DNA of 32,000 bases, taken from the NCBI RefSeq assembly GCF_042660085.1, contig NZ_JBHSTI010000002.1, forward strand, positions 570,001 through 602,000, read 5' to 3'. Shown piece after piece: positions 7,050 to 15,207 of this stretch. This stretch comes from Longivirga aurantiaca. Its GTDB lineage: Bacteria > Actinomycetota > Actinomycetes > S36-B12 > CAIYMF01. The notes under the pieces were generated by a model. That model did not search any database. It was not told the DNA's origin and saw nothing but the letters and a program-made list of their open reading frames with translations. The position numbers and the translations under genes were made by a program. The first letter of the stretch is position 1. Each line of letters begins with the position of its first letter.

Positions 7050-10000
7050 ATGGGAGAGCCTCCGGTACGTGGATCCGACACCGTCGACCTGACCGCGCCG
7101 CCCGGGCCGCGTGTGCGCTGCCTCGACGGCAACGAGGCTGCGGCGATCGTCGCCCACCGCCTCTCCGACGTCTGCGCCATCTACCCGATCACCCCCGCCT
7201 CGACCATGGGCGAGCTCGCCGATGCGTGGAGCGCCGGCGGGCGCACCAACCTCTGGGGCGCGGTGCCCGAGGTGGTCGAGATGCAGTCCGAGGGCGGCGC
7301 CGCGGCCGCCCTGCACGGCGCCGTGCAGAAGGGGGCGCTCGCGACGTCGTTCACCGCGAGCCAGGGCCTCCTGCTCATGATCCCGACGATGTTCAAGGTT
7401 GCCGGCGAGCTGACGCCCACCGTGCTGCACGTGGCTGCCCGCGCGGTGGCGACGCACGCGCTGTCGATCTTCGGCGACCACTCCGACGTCATGGCAGTCC
7501 GGTCCACGGGCTGGGCGATGCTCAGCGCGTCCGACGTCCAGGAGGCCCACGACTTCGCGCTGGTCGCGCACGCCGCCACCCTGCGCTCCCGCGTGCCGTT
7601 CCTGCACTTCTTCGACGGCTTCCGCACGTCGCACGAGGTCGCGACGATCCGCATGCTCCACGACGACGACCTCCGCGCCCTCATCCGCGAGCAGGACGTC
7701 CTCGCGCACCGCGCGTACGGGCTCACCCCCGAGGCGCCGGTCATGCGCGGCTCCGCGCAGAACCCCGACGTCTTCTTCCAGTCGCGCGAGGCGTCCAACA
7801 CGCACTACGACGCCGTGCCCGGTGTCGTGGCCGAGGTCATGGCCGAGCTCGGCGAGCGCGTGGGCCGCCGCTACAACCTCGTCGACTACCACGGCCACCC
7901 GGAGGCCGAGCGCGTCGTCGTCGCGATGGGGTCGGTCACCGGCACCCTGCGCGAGGCCGTCGACGACCTCGTCCGGCACGGCGAGAAGGTCGGCGTCGCC
8001 GTAGTACGCCTCTACCGACCGTTCCCGTCCGACGCGCTCCGGGCCGCGCTGCCCGCCTCCGTCACGCGGATTGCAGTGCTCGACCGCACCAAGGAGCCGG
8101 GTGCGCCGGCAGAGCCGCTGCACCTCGACGTGATGGCCTCGTTCTCCGAGGAGGCCGGCACCATCATCTGCGGCGGCCGGTACGGCCTGGGCTCCAAGGA
8201 GTTCACGCCCGCCGACGCCCTCGCGGTGTACGCCGAGCTCGCGAAGCCCACGCCGCGGCACCGGTTCACGGTCGGCATCGTCGACGACGTCACCCACCTC
8301 TCGCTCGACGTCGACCCGTCGTTCCGGCTTCCCACGCGGGCGGTGCAGGCGATGTTCTTCGGCCTCGGCAGCGATGGCACCGTCGGCGCGAACAAGAACA
8401 GCATCAAGCTCATCGGCGAGCACACCGACATGCACGCGCAGGGCTACTTCGTGTACGACTCGAAGAAGTCCGGCTCGATGACGGTGTCGCACCTGCGCTT
8501 CGGCCCCGACCCGATCCGCTCGGCGTACCTCATCGACGATGCCGACTTCGTGGCGTGCCACCAGTTCGGCCTGCTCGCCCGGGTCGACGTGCTCGCGCAC
8601 GCCCGAGCCGGGGCCACGGTCCTGCTCAACAGCCCCTACGACGCAGCCTCCCTCTGGGGGCACCTGCCCGCCGACGCACGCGCCCACATCGTCCACAAGC
8701 ACCTCGCCGTGCACGTGGTCGACGCCACGACCATCGCGCGCGACGCCGGCCTCGGCCCGCGCATCAACACGGTCATGCAGCCGTGCTTCTTCGCGCTCGC
8801 CGACGTGCTGCCGGTCGAGGAAGCCATCGAGCTCGTGAAGGCCGGCGTCGTCAAGGCGTACGGCCACCGCGGGCCGGAGGTGGTCGAGCGCAACATGATC
8901 GCGATCGACGCCGCGCTCGCGGGTCTCCAGCGGGTCGAGGTGCCGGCAGACGCGCTCGACGACATGGCGGCCGTGCCGGACAGCGACCTCTCGGTGGTGC
9001 AGACCCTCATCGCCGGCCTCGGCGACTCCCTGCCGGTGAGCGCGATGAGCGTGGACGGCACCTACGAGACGGGCACCTCGGTGCTCGAGAAGCGGCAGCT
9101 CGCCGAGGAGATCCCGATCTGGGACCCGTCCCTCTGCATCGACTGCGGCAAGTGCACGATCGTGTGCCCGCACGCCGCGATCCGGATGAAGGCCTACTCG
9201 CCGGACGCCCTCGACGGCGCGCCGGAGGGCTTCCTGTCCAAGCCGTACAGCGGCAAGGAGCTCGGCGAGGGCCGGCTGCTCACGATCCAGGTCGCTCCGG
9301 ACGACTGCACCGGCTGCGGCATCTGCGTGGCCGTGTGCCCCGTGCGCGACAAGCAGAACCCCGACCACAAGGCCATCGACATGGCGCCCGCGGACGAGCA
9401 CCGCGACGTCGAGCGCCCGCGCTACGAGCACTTCCTCGAGATCCCGGACGTCGACCGCACCCTCGTGCGCCGCGAGACCGTGAAGGGGTCGCAGCTGCTG
9501 CGCCCGCTGTTCGAGTTCTCCGGCGCCTGCGCAGGATGCGGCGAGACGCCGTACCTCAAGCTGGTCACCCAGCTCCTCGGCGACCGCATGGTCGTCGCCA
9601 ACGCCACCGGCTGCTCGTCGATCTACGGCGGCAACCTCCCGACGACGCCGTGGACCAAGGACCGCGACGGACGCGGACCCGCCTGGGTCAACTCGCTGTT
9701 CGAGGACAACGCCGAGTTCGGCCTCGGCATCCGGCTCGGCGTCGAGCGCCAGACCAGCGAGGCGCACCGTCTGCTGCGGGCGCTCGCCGAGGACCTGCCG
9801 TCCGACGTCGTCGCCCCGCTCGTCGAGGAGGAGCCGAGCGTCGAGGACGAGGCCGGCATCATCGCCCGGCGCCAGCAGGTCGAGCGGCTCCGCGACTCGC
9901 TGGCCGACGTCGACGACCCGCGCGCCCGCTCGCTCGCCTCGATCGCCGACGCGCTCGTCCCGACGTCGGTCTGGATCGTCGGTGGTGACGGCTGGGCCTA

Positions 10001-10658
10001 CGACATCGACTTCGGCGGGCTCGACCACGTGCTCGCCAGCGGTCGCAACGTCAACATCCTGGTGCTCGACACCGAGGTGTACTCCAACACCGGCGGGCAG
10101 GCGTCCAAGTCGACGCCGCGCGGCGCCGCGGCGAAGTTCGCCAGCACCGGCAAGGCCACGAAGAAGAAGGACCTCGGGCTGCTGGCCCAGGCGTACGGCG
10201 ACGTCTACGTCGCCCAGATCGCGCTGGGTGCCAACGAGACGCAGGCCGTGCGCGCGATCCTCGAGGCGGCTGCGTGGCCTGGGCCGTCGCTGATCCTGGC
10301 GTACTCCACCTGCATCGCCCACGGCATCGAGATGCGCGACTCCATGGCCCACCAGAAGGAGGCCGTGACGAGCGGCTACTGGCCGCTCTACCGCTTCCAC
10401 CCGAGCCCCGAGGCGGGCACACGGCCCTTCGCTCTCGACAGCAAGGCGCCGACGACGACGCTCGAGCAGTTCGTGCACTCCGAGACGCGCTACACCGCGC
10501 TCGACCGCACGGACCACGAGCGGTCGCAGCACCTGATGCACCTCGCCCAGGCCGACATCGACGAGCGCTGGCACTACTACGAGCAGCTCGCGGGCGTCGA
10601 GCGGTCGCTGTCGGGCGAGACCGAGGAAGAGCTCGGGCACGAGCCCGACGCCGAGTAG
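7050..10658 (+). CDS. nifJ: pyruvate:ferredoxin (flavodoxin) oxidoreductase
   Basis: About 1200 aa. N-terminal DGNEAAAIVAHRLSDVCAIYPITPAS, two ferredoxin-type clusters (CIDCGKCTIVCPHAAI, CTGCGICVAVCP), an extra CAGCGETPY motif and TPP-binding GGDGWAYDIDFGG. Start uncertain: ATG 6966, ATG 7050 and GTG 7113 are all in frame. Confidence 0.9.
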   Translation: MGEPPVRGSDTVDLTAPPGPRVRCLDGNEAAAIVAHRLSDVCAIYPITPASTMGELADAWSAGGRTNLWGAVPEVVEMQSEGGAAAALHGAVQKGALATSFTASQGLLLMIPTMFKVAGELTPTVLHVAARAVATHALSIFGDHSDVMAVRSTGWAMLSASDVQEAHDFALVAHAATLRSRVPFLHFFDGFRTSHEVATIRMLHDDDLRALIREQDVLAHRAYGLTPEAPVMRGSAQNPDVFFQSREASNTHYDAVPGVVAEVMAELGERVGRRYNLVDYHGHPEAERVVVAMGSVTGTLREAVDDLVRHGEKVGVAVVRLYRPFPSDALRAALPASVTRIAVLDRTKEPGAPAEPLHLDVMASFSEEAGTIICGGRYGLGSKEFTPADALAVYAELAKPTPRHRFTVGIVDDVTHLSLDVDPSFRLPTRAVQAMFFGLGSDGTVGANKNSIKLIGEHTDMHAQGYFVYDSKKSGSMTVSHLRFGPDPIRSAYLIDDADFVACHQFGLLARVDVLAHARAGATVLLNSPYDAASLWGHLPADARAHIVHKHLAVHVVDATTIARDAGLGPRINTVMQPCFFALADVLPVEEAIELVKAGVVKAYGHRGPEVVERNMIAIDAALAGLQRVEVPADALDDMAAVPDSDLSVVQTLIAGLGDSLPVSAMSVDGTYETGTSVLEKRQLAEEIPIWDPSLCIDCGKCTIVCPHAAIRMKAYSPDALDGAPEGFLSKPYSGKELGEGRLLTIQVAPDDCTGCGICVAVCPVRDKQNPDHKAIDMAPADEHRDVERPRYEHFLEIPDVDRTLVRRETVKGSQLLRPLFEFSGACAGCGETPYLKLVTQLLGDRMVVANATGCSSIYGGNLPTTPWTKDRDGRGPAWVNSLFEDNAEFGLGIRLGVERQTSEAHRLLRALAEDLPSDVVAPLVEEEPSVEDEAGIIARRQQVERLRDSLADVDDPRARSLASIADALVPTSVWIVGGDGWAYDIDFGGLDHVLASGRNVNILVLDTEVYSNTGGQASKSTPRGAAAKFASTGKATKKKDLGLLAQAYGDVYVAQIALGANETQAVRAILEAAAWPGPSLILAYSTCIAHGIEMRDSMAHQKEAVTSGYWPLYRFHPSPEAGTRPFALDSKAPTTTLEQFVHSETRYTALDRTDHERSQHLMHLAQADIDERWHYYEQLAGVERSLSGETEEELGHEPDAE

Positions 10659-10664
10659 CGCCCG

Positions 10665-10883
10665 CTACGTCAGGTCTTCGTCCGAGGCATCGGAGTCCGG
10701 ATGGTCGCCGACGCCGTGGGGATAGTTCGTCCCCTCGGCGCCGCGCTCGCTCGCGATGGGGTCGTCCACGTCCGACGTGCGGGTGGTCTCGGGGTGCTCC
10801 CCGACGCCGTGCGGGTAGTTGGTGCCCTGCTTGCCGCGCTCGTCGGCAACCGGGTCGTTCGCGTCGCTCGGGGGTGAGGCCAT
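10665..10883 (-). CDS. small acidic protein (72 aa) made of two 31-aa tandem repeats, function unknown
   Basis: About 92% GC3 in this frame. Repeats DPVADERGKQGTNYPHGVGEHPE... and DPIASERGAEGTNYPHGVGDHPD..., with a 93-bp DNA period (CCGACGCCGTG at 10708 and 10801). The opposite-strand ORF is Arg-rich junk. The Shine-Dalgarno sequence is weak. Confidence 0.55.
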   Translation of the reverse strand: MASPPSDANDPVADERGKQGTNYPHGVGEHPETTRTSDVDDPIASERGAEGTNYPHGVGDHPDSDASDEDLT

Positions 10884-10900
10884 GACGCGCTCTACCCGTG

Positions 10901-10927
10901 CCCTGGCCGGCCGAAACCCGGCCGGGG
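10901..10927 (-). terminator. GC-rich hairpin downstream of the GNAT gene; candidate terminator of the deoC operon
   Basis: CCCTGGCCGG (10901-10910) pairs with CCGGCCGGGG (10918-10927); the loop is CCGAAAC. One non-Watson-Crick position (T/G on plus-strand RNA, A/C on minus-strand RNA). No U-tract. Confidence 0.3.
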
Positions 10928-10976
10928 GCCGGCGGGTGGGGAAGCCGGGATGCCGCTCAGGCGGCCTGGGGCGCCC

Positions 10977-11774
10977 TCATCCGTGAGCGGCGGGGGAGCG
11001 GACGGCGGTCCAGGCAGGGCCGAGGTCGGCCCAGCCCCGCCGGGCGTACCAGTGGCGCGGCCAGTCGTCGGTCATGGCGGTGAGGTAGACGTCCGTGCAT
11101 CCGTGCTCGGTCGCGGCCTCGATGCATGCCGTCAGCACGGCGTCGCCGTAGCCGCGGCCGCGGTGGGACGCCGCAGTGGTGACGCCGTCGACCTCGGCGC
11201 ACGTCCCGTGCACAGCGAGGTCGGCGCAGGCGCCGATCTCCCCGGTCTCCGGGTCGCGCACCACGAAGGAGATGAACGGGCCGGACAGCGTGTACGTCGC
11301 GCGTCGGCCGACGAGGTCGGCGACCTCGGCGTCGGAGATGCCCGGCTTCCACTCCTCGCGCCACATGCGGTCCTGGAACGGCGCGGTGACGTCCTCGCTC
11401 ACCCGCTCGGCGACGGCCGTGGCGGGCGCCGCCAGCGGGCCGAGCGACTGCGGCCGCCCCATGAGCCGCTCCGGCTCGGTCGTGAAGCCGGCGGCCGCCA
11501 GCCCTGCGCGGGTCTCCTTGGAGAGGTCGCACAGGGCGAACACGTAGCGGTGCTCCAGGCCCGCCTCACCCAGCACCTCGTCGCCCCACCGGATCAGCGC
11601 GTCGGCGCCGGGGTCTCGCCGCAGCAGGATCCCGTTGTGCGCGTACGACGCCGGCCACTCGGCCGTCGTAGCGGCCCAGGCCCCCTCGCCCAGCGGGACG
11701 ACCGCGCCGACGCGCGCCAGGCTGAGCTCGGCGTACCAGTCCGCCGCCCGATCGTAGGAGTCCTGCTCAGACAC
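10977..11774 (-). CDS. GNAT-family N-acetyltransferase
   Basis: About 265 aa from the GTG at 11774. C-terminal acetyl-CoA motif TTAASHRGRGYGDAVLTACIEAA. The start overlaps the upstream stop by 8 nt (GTGTCTGA). The upstream part of ORF 10977..11909 is Arg/Ser/Thr/Pro-rich and not credible. Confidence 0.75.
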   Translation of the reverse strand: MSEQDSYDRAADWYAELSLARVGAVVPLGEGAWAATTAEWPASYAHNGILLRRDPGADALIRWGDEVLGEAGLEHRYVFALCDLSKETRAGLAAAGFTTEPERLMGRPQSLGPLAAPATAVAERVSEDVTAPFQDRMWREEWKPGISDAEVADLVGRRATYTLSGPFISFVVRDPETGEIGACADLAVHGTCAEVDGVTTAASHRGRGYGDAVLTACIEAATEHGCTDVYLTAMTDDWPRHWYARRGWADLGPAWTAVRSPAAHG

Positions 11775-12627
11775 CGATCGGGTGCCAGACGGTCTTGGTC
11801 TCGAGGAACGAGCGGATCCGCGAGAGGCCCGGGTCGGCGGTCCAGTCGTCGGTGTCCGGACGTCGCACGCGCTTGAGGTTGTCGGCCGCGGCCACCTCGA
11901 GCGACGCACGCAGGTCGAGGTCGTCGACGCCCGCGATGTCGATCGCGTTGACGTCCATGTGCGAGGCGAGCCACGGCGCCACCTCGGCCACCGAGCCCGT
12001 GAGCAGGTTGATCACGCCACCGGGGACGTCGGAGGTCGCCAGCACCTCCGACAGGGTGATCGCCGGGAGCGGCCGGTCCTCGGATGCCAGCACCACGCAC
12101 GCATTGCCGCTCACCACGACGGGGGCGATGACCGACACCAGGCCGAGGAGTGACGACTCCTGCGGTGCGACGACGGCGACGACGCCGGTCGGCTCCGGCA
12201 CCGAGAAGTTGTAGTACGGGCCGGCGACCGGGTTGGTCGAGCCGAGCACCTGGGCGAGCTTGTCGGCCCAGCCGGCGTACCAGACCCAGCGGTCGATGGC
12301 GGCCTCGACGACCGCCTCGGCGCGACGGGCGGTGAGGCCCTCCGACGCCACGACCTCGTCGACGAACTGCGCGCGGCGCCCTTCCATCACCTCGGCGACG
12401 CGGTAGAGCACCTGCCCGCGGTTGTACGCCGTGGCCTTGACCCAGCCGGCCTGCGCCTTGCGCGCGGCGACGACGGAGTCGCGCGCGTCCTTGCGCGAGG
12501 CGAGCGCGGCGTTGGCGAGGAACCGGCCCTTGGTGTCGGTGACCTCGTACGAGCGGGCGCTCTCCGAGCGCGGGAACGCGCCGCCGATGTAGAGCTTGTA
12601 GGTCTTGCGGACCTCGAGTCGGGCCAT
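11767..12627 (-). CDS. aldehyde-dehydrogenase-like protein lacking the catalytic domain (286 aa)
   Basis: ATG at 12627 with a GGAGGA RBS 7 nt upstream. It aligns by eye to the N-terminal/NAD-domain half of the adjacent ALDH (YKLYIGGAF, YAGWADKL, EPTGVVAVV..., PGGVINLLTG, NLKRV). It then jumps straight to an ALDH-like C-terminal tail (FLETKTVW). No ELGGK Glu motif and no catalytic Cys motif. Confidence 0.75.
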   Translation of the reverse strand: MARLEVRKTYKLYIGGAFPRSESARSYEVTDTKGRFLANAALASRKDARDSVVAARKAQAGWVKATAYNRGQVLYRVAEVMEGRRAQFVDEVVASEGLTARRAEAVVEAAIDRWVWYAGWADKLAQVLGSTNPVAGPYYNFSVPEPTGVVAVVAPQESSLLGLVSVIAPVVVSGNACVVLASEDRPLPAITLSEVLATSDVPGGVINLLTGSVAEVAPWLASHMDVNAIDIAGVDDLDLRASLEVAAADNLKRVRRPDTDDWTADPGLSRIRSFLETKTVWHPIGV

Positions 12628-12641
12628 GTCCAGATCCTCCG

Positions 12642-14081
12642 TCACACCACGTCGAGGTAGGCCGCGAGACCGTGGCGACCGCCCTCGCGGCCGTACCCGG
12701 ACTCCTTGTACCCGCCGAACGGGCTGGTCGGGTCGAAGCGGTTGAACGTGTTCGCCCACACGACGCCCGCGCGCATCTGGCTCGCGACCTTGAGGATCCG
12801 CGAGCCCTTCTCGGTCCAGATGCCGGCCGAGAGGCCGTAGGCGCTGTTGTTCGCCTTCTCGACAGCCTCGCCCGGCGTACGGAAGGTGAGCACCGACAGC
12901 ACCGGGCCGAAGATCTCCTCCCGCGCGATGCGGTGCGCCTGCGACACGCCCGTGAAGACGGTCGGGGCGAACCAGTAGCCCTTGGCGGGGAGGTCGCAGT
13001 CGGCAGTCCACCGCTCGGCGCCCTCGTCGTCGCCCACACCCGCGAGGTGGCGGATGCGCTCGAGCTGCTCGAGGGAGTTGATCGCGCCGATGTCGGTGTT
13101 CTTGTCGAGCGGGTCGCCGAGGCGCAGCGTGGAGAGGCGGCGCTTGAGGCGCGCCACCAGCTCGTCGGCGATGTTCTCCTGCACGAGCAGGCGCGAGCCG
13201 GCGCAGCAGACGTGGCCCTGGTTGAAGAAGATGCCGGCCACGATGCCCTCGACTGCCTGGTCGATCGGTGCGTCGTCGAAGACGATGTTGGCCGCCTTGC
13301 CGCCGAGCTCGAGCGTGACCTTCTTGTCGGTGCCGGCCACCGCCCGGGCGATCGCCTTGCCCACCTCGGTCGAGCCGGTGAACGCGACCTTGTCCACACC
13401 GGGGTGCTCGACGAGCGCACGGCCCGTGTCGCCAGCGCCCGTGATGATGTTGACGACGCCCGGGGGCAGGTCGGCCTGGCGGCAGATGTCGGCGAAGAAC
13501 AGCGCCGTGAGCGGGGTGGTCTCGGCCGGCTTCAGCACGACGGTGTTGCCCGCGGCCAGGGCCGGCGCGATCTTCCACGCCAGCATGAGCATCGGGAAGT
13601 TCCACGGGATCACCTGGGCGGCGACGCCGAGGGGCCTCGGGTCGGGGCCGAAGCCCGCGTGCTCGAGCTTGTCGGCCCAGCCGGCGTAGTAGAAGAAGTG
13701 CGCGGCGACCAGCGGGATGTCGACGTCGCGCGACTCCTTGATCGGCTTGCCGTTGTCGAGCGACTCCAGCACGGCGAGCTCGCGCGAGCGCTCCTGGATC
13801 AGGCGCGCGATGCGGAAGAGGTACTTCGCGCGGTCCTTGCCCGAGGTCTTGGACCACACGCGGGTGTAGGCGCGCCGCGCGGCCTTCACCGCGCGGTCGA
13901 CGTCGGCAGCGCTCGCCTCGGCGACCTCGGCGAGCACCTCCTCGGTGGCGGGGTTGATGCTCTTCAGGCTGCCGCCGGTGCCGTCGACGAACTCGCCGTC
14001 GATGAACAGGCCGTACGACGACGCGAGGTCGACGACGGAGCGCGACTCGGGGGCCGGTGCGTACTCGAACGGGGTGGGCAC
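12642..14081 (-). CDS. NAD(P)-dependent aldehyde dehydrogenase
   Basis: 479 aa. VIPWNFP, FTGSTEVGK, catalytic-Glu motif LELGGKAANIVF and catalytic-Cys motif FFNQGHVCCAGSR. GTG start with a GGAGGA RBS, 13 nt after the deoC stop. Confidence 0.9.
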   Translation of the reverse strand: MPTPFEYAPAPESRSVVDLASSYGLFIDGEFVDGTGGSLKSINPATEEVLAEVAEASAADVDRAVKAARRAYTRVWSKTSGKDRAKYLFRIARLIQERSRELAVLESLDNGKPIKESRDVDIPLVAAHFFYYAGWADKLEHAGFGPDPRPLGVAAQVIPWNFPMLMLAWKIAPALAAGNTVVLKPAETTPLTALFFADICRQADLPPGVVNIITGAGDTGRALVEHPGVDKVAFTGSTEVGKAIARAVAGTDKKVTLELGGKAANIVFDDAPIDQAVEGIVAGIFFNQGHVCCAGSRLLVQENIADELVARLKRRLSTLRLGDPLDKNTDIGAINSLEQLERIRHLAGVGDDEGAERWTADCDLPAKGYWFAPTVFTGVSQAHRIAREEIFGPVLSVLTFRTPGEAVEKANNSAYGLSAGIWTEKGSRILKVASQMRAGVVWANTFNRFDPTSPFGGYKESGYGREGGRHGLAAYLDVV

Positions 14082-14094
14082 GGGATCCTCCGCG

Positions 14095-15075
14095 TCAGTC
14101 GACGGTGACGTAGTCGGGGCCGGAGTAGCGTCCGGTGGCCATCTTCTGGCGCTGCAGCAGCAGGTCGTTGAGCAGGCTGGATGCGCCGAAGCGGAACAGG
14201 TCGGGCGTGAGCCAGTCGGTGCCCACGGTCTCGTTGACGAGAACGAGGTACTTCATGGCGTCCTTGGTGGTGCTGATGCCGCCGGCGGGCTTCATGCCGA
14301 TGATGCGGCCGGTGGCATCGCGCCAGTCGCGGCACGCCTCGAGCATCACGAGGGTGACGGGAAGGGTCGCGGCCGGCGCGATCTTGCCGGTGCTCGTCTT
14401 GATGAAGTCCGCGCCGGCCATCATCGCGAGCCAGGAGGCGCGGCGGACGTTGTCGTACGTCGCGAGCTCGCCGGTCTCGAGGATCACCTTGAGGTGCGCG
14501 TCCGCGCCGTCCTCGTGGCAGACCTCGCGTACCGCGGCGATCTCCTCGAACACCTCGAGGTAGCGGCCCGACAGGAACGCGCCGCGGTCGATGACCATGT
14601 CGATCTCGTCGGCACCGGCCTGCACGGCGTCCCGGGTGTCGGCGAGCTTCACCGGCATCGAGGCGCGGCCCGAGGGGAACGCGGTGGTGACGGCGGCGAC
14701 CTTGACGCCGCTGTCGCCGAGCTCGGCCTTGGCCAGGCCCACGAGATCGTTGTAGACGCAGACCGCAGCGGTCGACGGCACCGACGGATCGTGCGCGTCG
14801 GGGCGCCGCGCCTTCGCGCAGAGCGTGCGCACCTTGCCGGGGGTGTCGTTGCCCTGGAGGGTCGTGAGGTCGATCATCGAGATCGCGAGGTCGATGGCGA
14901 ACGCCTTGGACGTCGTCTTGATCGACCGGGTCGACAGGGCGGCGGCGCGTGCCTCGGCGCCCACCTGGTCGACACCGGGGAGGCCGCCGAGGAAGCGCCG
15001 CAGGGCCGAATCGGACCTGGTCGCGTCGTCCAGGACGCCGGGGTCGGCGAGCAGGCTGCTGGGGGAGCGGGTCAC
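14095..15075 (-). CDS. deoC: deoxyribose-phosphate aldolase
   Basis: 326 aa, the long actinobacterial form. Schiff-base lysine motif GADFIKTSTGK and a later IGMKPAGGI segment. Confidence 0.85.
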   Translation of the reverse strand: MTRSPSSLLADPGVLDDATRSDSALRRFLGGLPGVDQVGAEARAAALSTRSIKTTSKAFAIDLAISMIDLTTLQGNDTPGKVRTLCAKARRPDAHDPSVPSTAAVCVYNDLVGLAKAELGDSGVKVAAVTTAFPSGRASMPVKLADTRDAVQAGADEIDMVIDRGAFLSGRYLEVFEEIAAVREVCHEDGADAHLKVILETGELATYDNVRRASWLAMMAGADFIKTSTGKIAPAATLPVTLVMLEACRDWRDATGRIIGMKPAGGISTTKDAMKYLVLVNETVGTDWLTPDLFRFGASSLLNDLLLQRQKMATGRYSGPDYVTVD

Positions 15076-15207
15076 CTGACGATCCTAGTCTCGGGCGTCG
15101 CGCCCGCGAGGAGTTCGTGGGAGCGGCCTCCGGCACGTTAGAGTGCCGCCTCGGCGCCTGCTGCGTGGATGGGCCATCGGCGCGCCGTGCTCCTGGAAGG
15201 CCCCGGA

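Noticed and set aside
5846-7180. Very long ORF-track models that would fuse or extend genes (5846-7180 -, 11767-13857 -, 18838-21378 -, 10977-11909 -, 16379-17251 +, 1610-2302 +, 25679-26812 -)
   Set aside because: Their upstream portions overlap neighbouring real genes out of frame and translate to Arg/Pro-rich junk. Internal ATG/GTG starts with RBS-like sequences or start/stop overlaps give proteins of the expected family length.
6939-10640. 1233-aa ORF antisense to PFOR, plus similar long antisense or alternate-frame ORFs (e.g. 226-912 -, 1063-2136 -, 2495-3790 -, 12672-14108 +, 13945-15141 +, 15085-16614 -, 18886-20769 +, 23011-24435 -, 27880-30015 +, 30502-31638 -)
   Set aside because: They are Arg/Pro/Ala/Gly-rich with low-complexity composition, and each mirrors a gene with clear enzyme motifs on the other strand or frame. 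Scarcity of stop codons in ~70% GC DNA produces such shadow ORFs.
11767-12627. Short ALDH-like gene as a frameshifted pseudogene
   Set aside because: No alternative frame carries the missing catalytic domain, since the flanking sequence is occupied by the GNAT gene. The frame is intact with high GC3 and its own RBS. It is therefore reported as a CDS, with the caveat that it may be an in-frame deletion.
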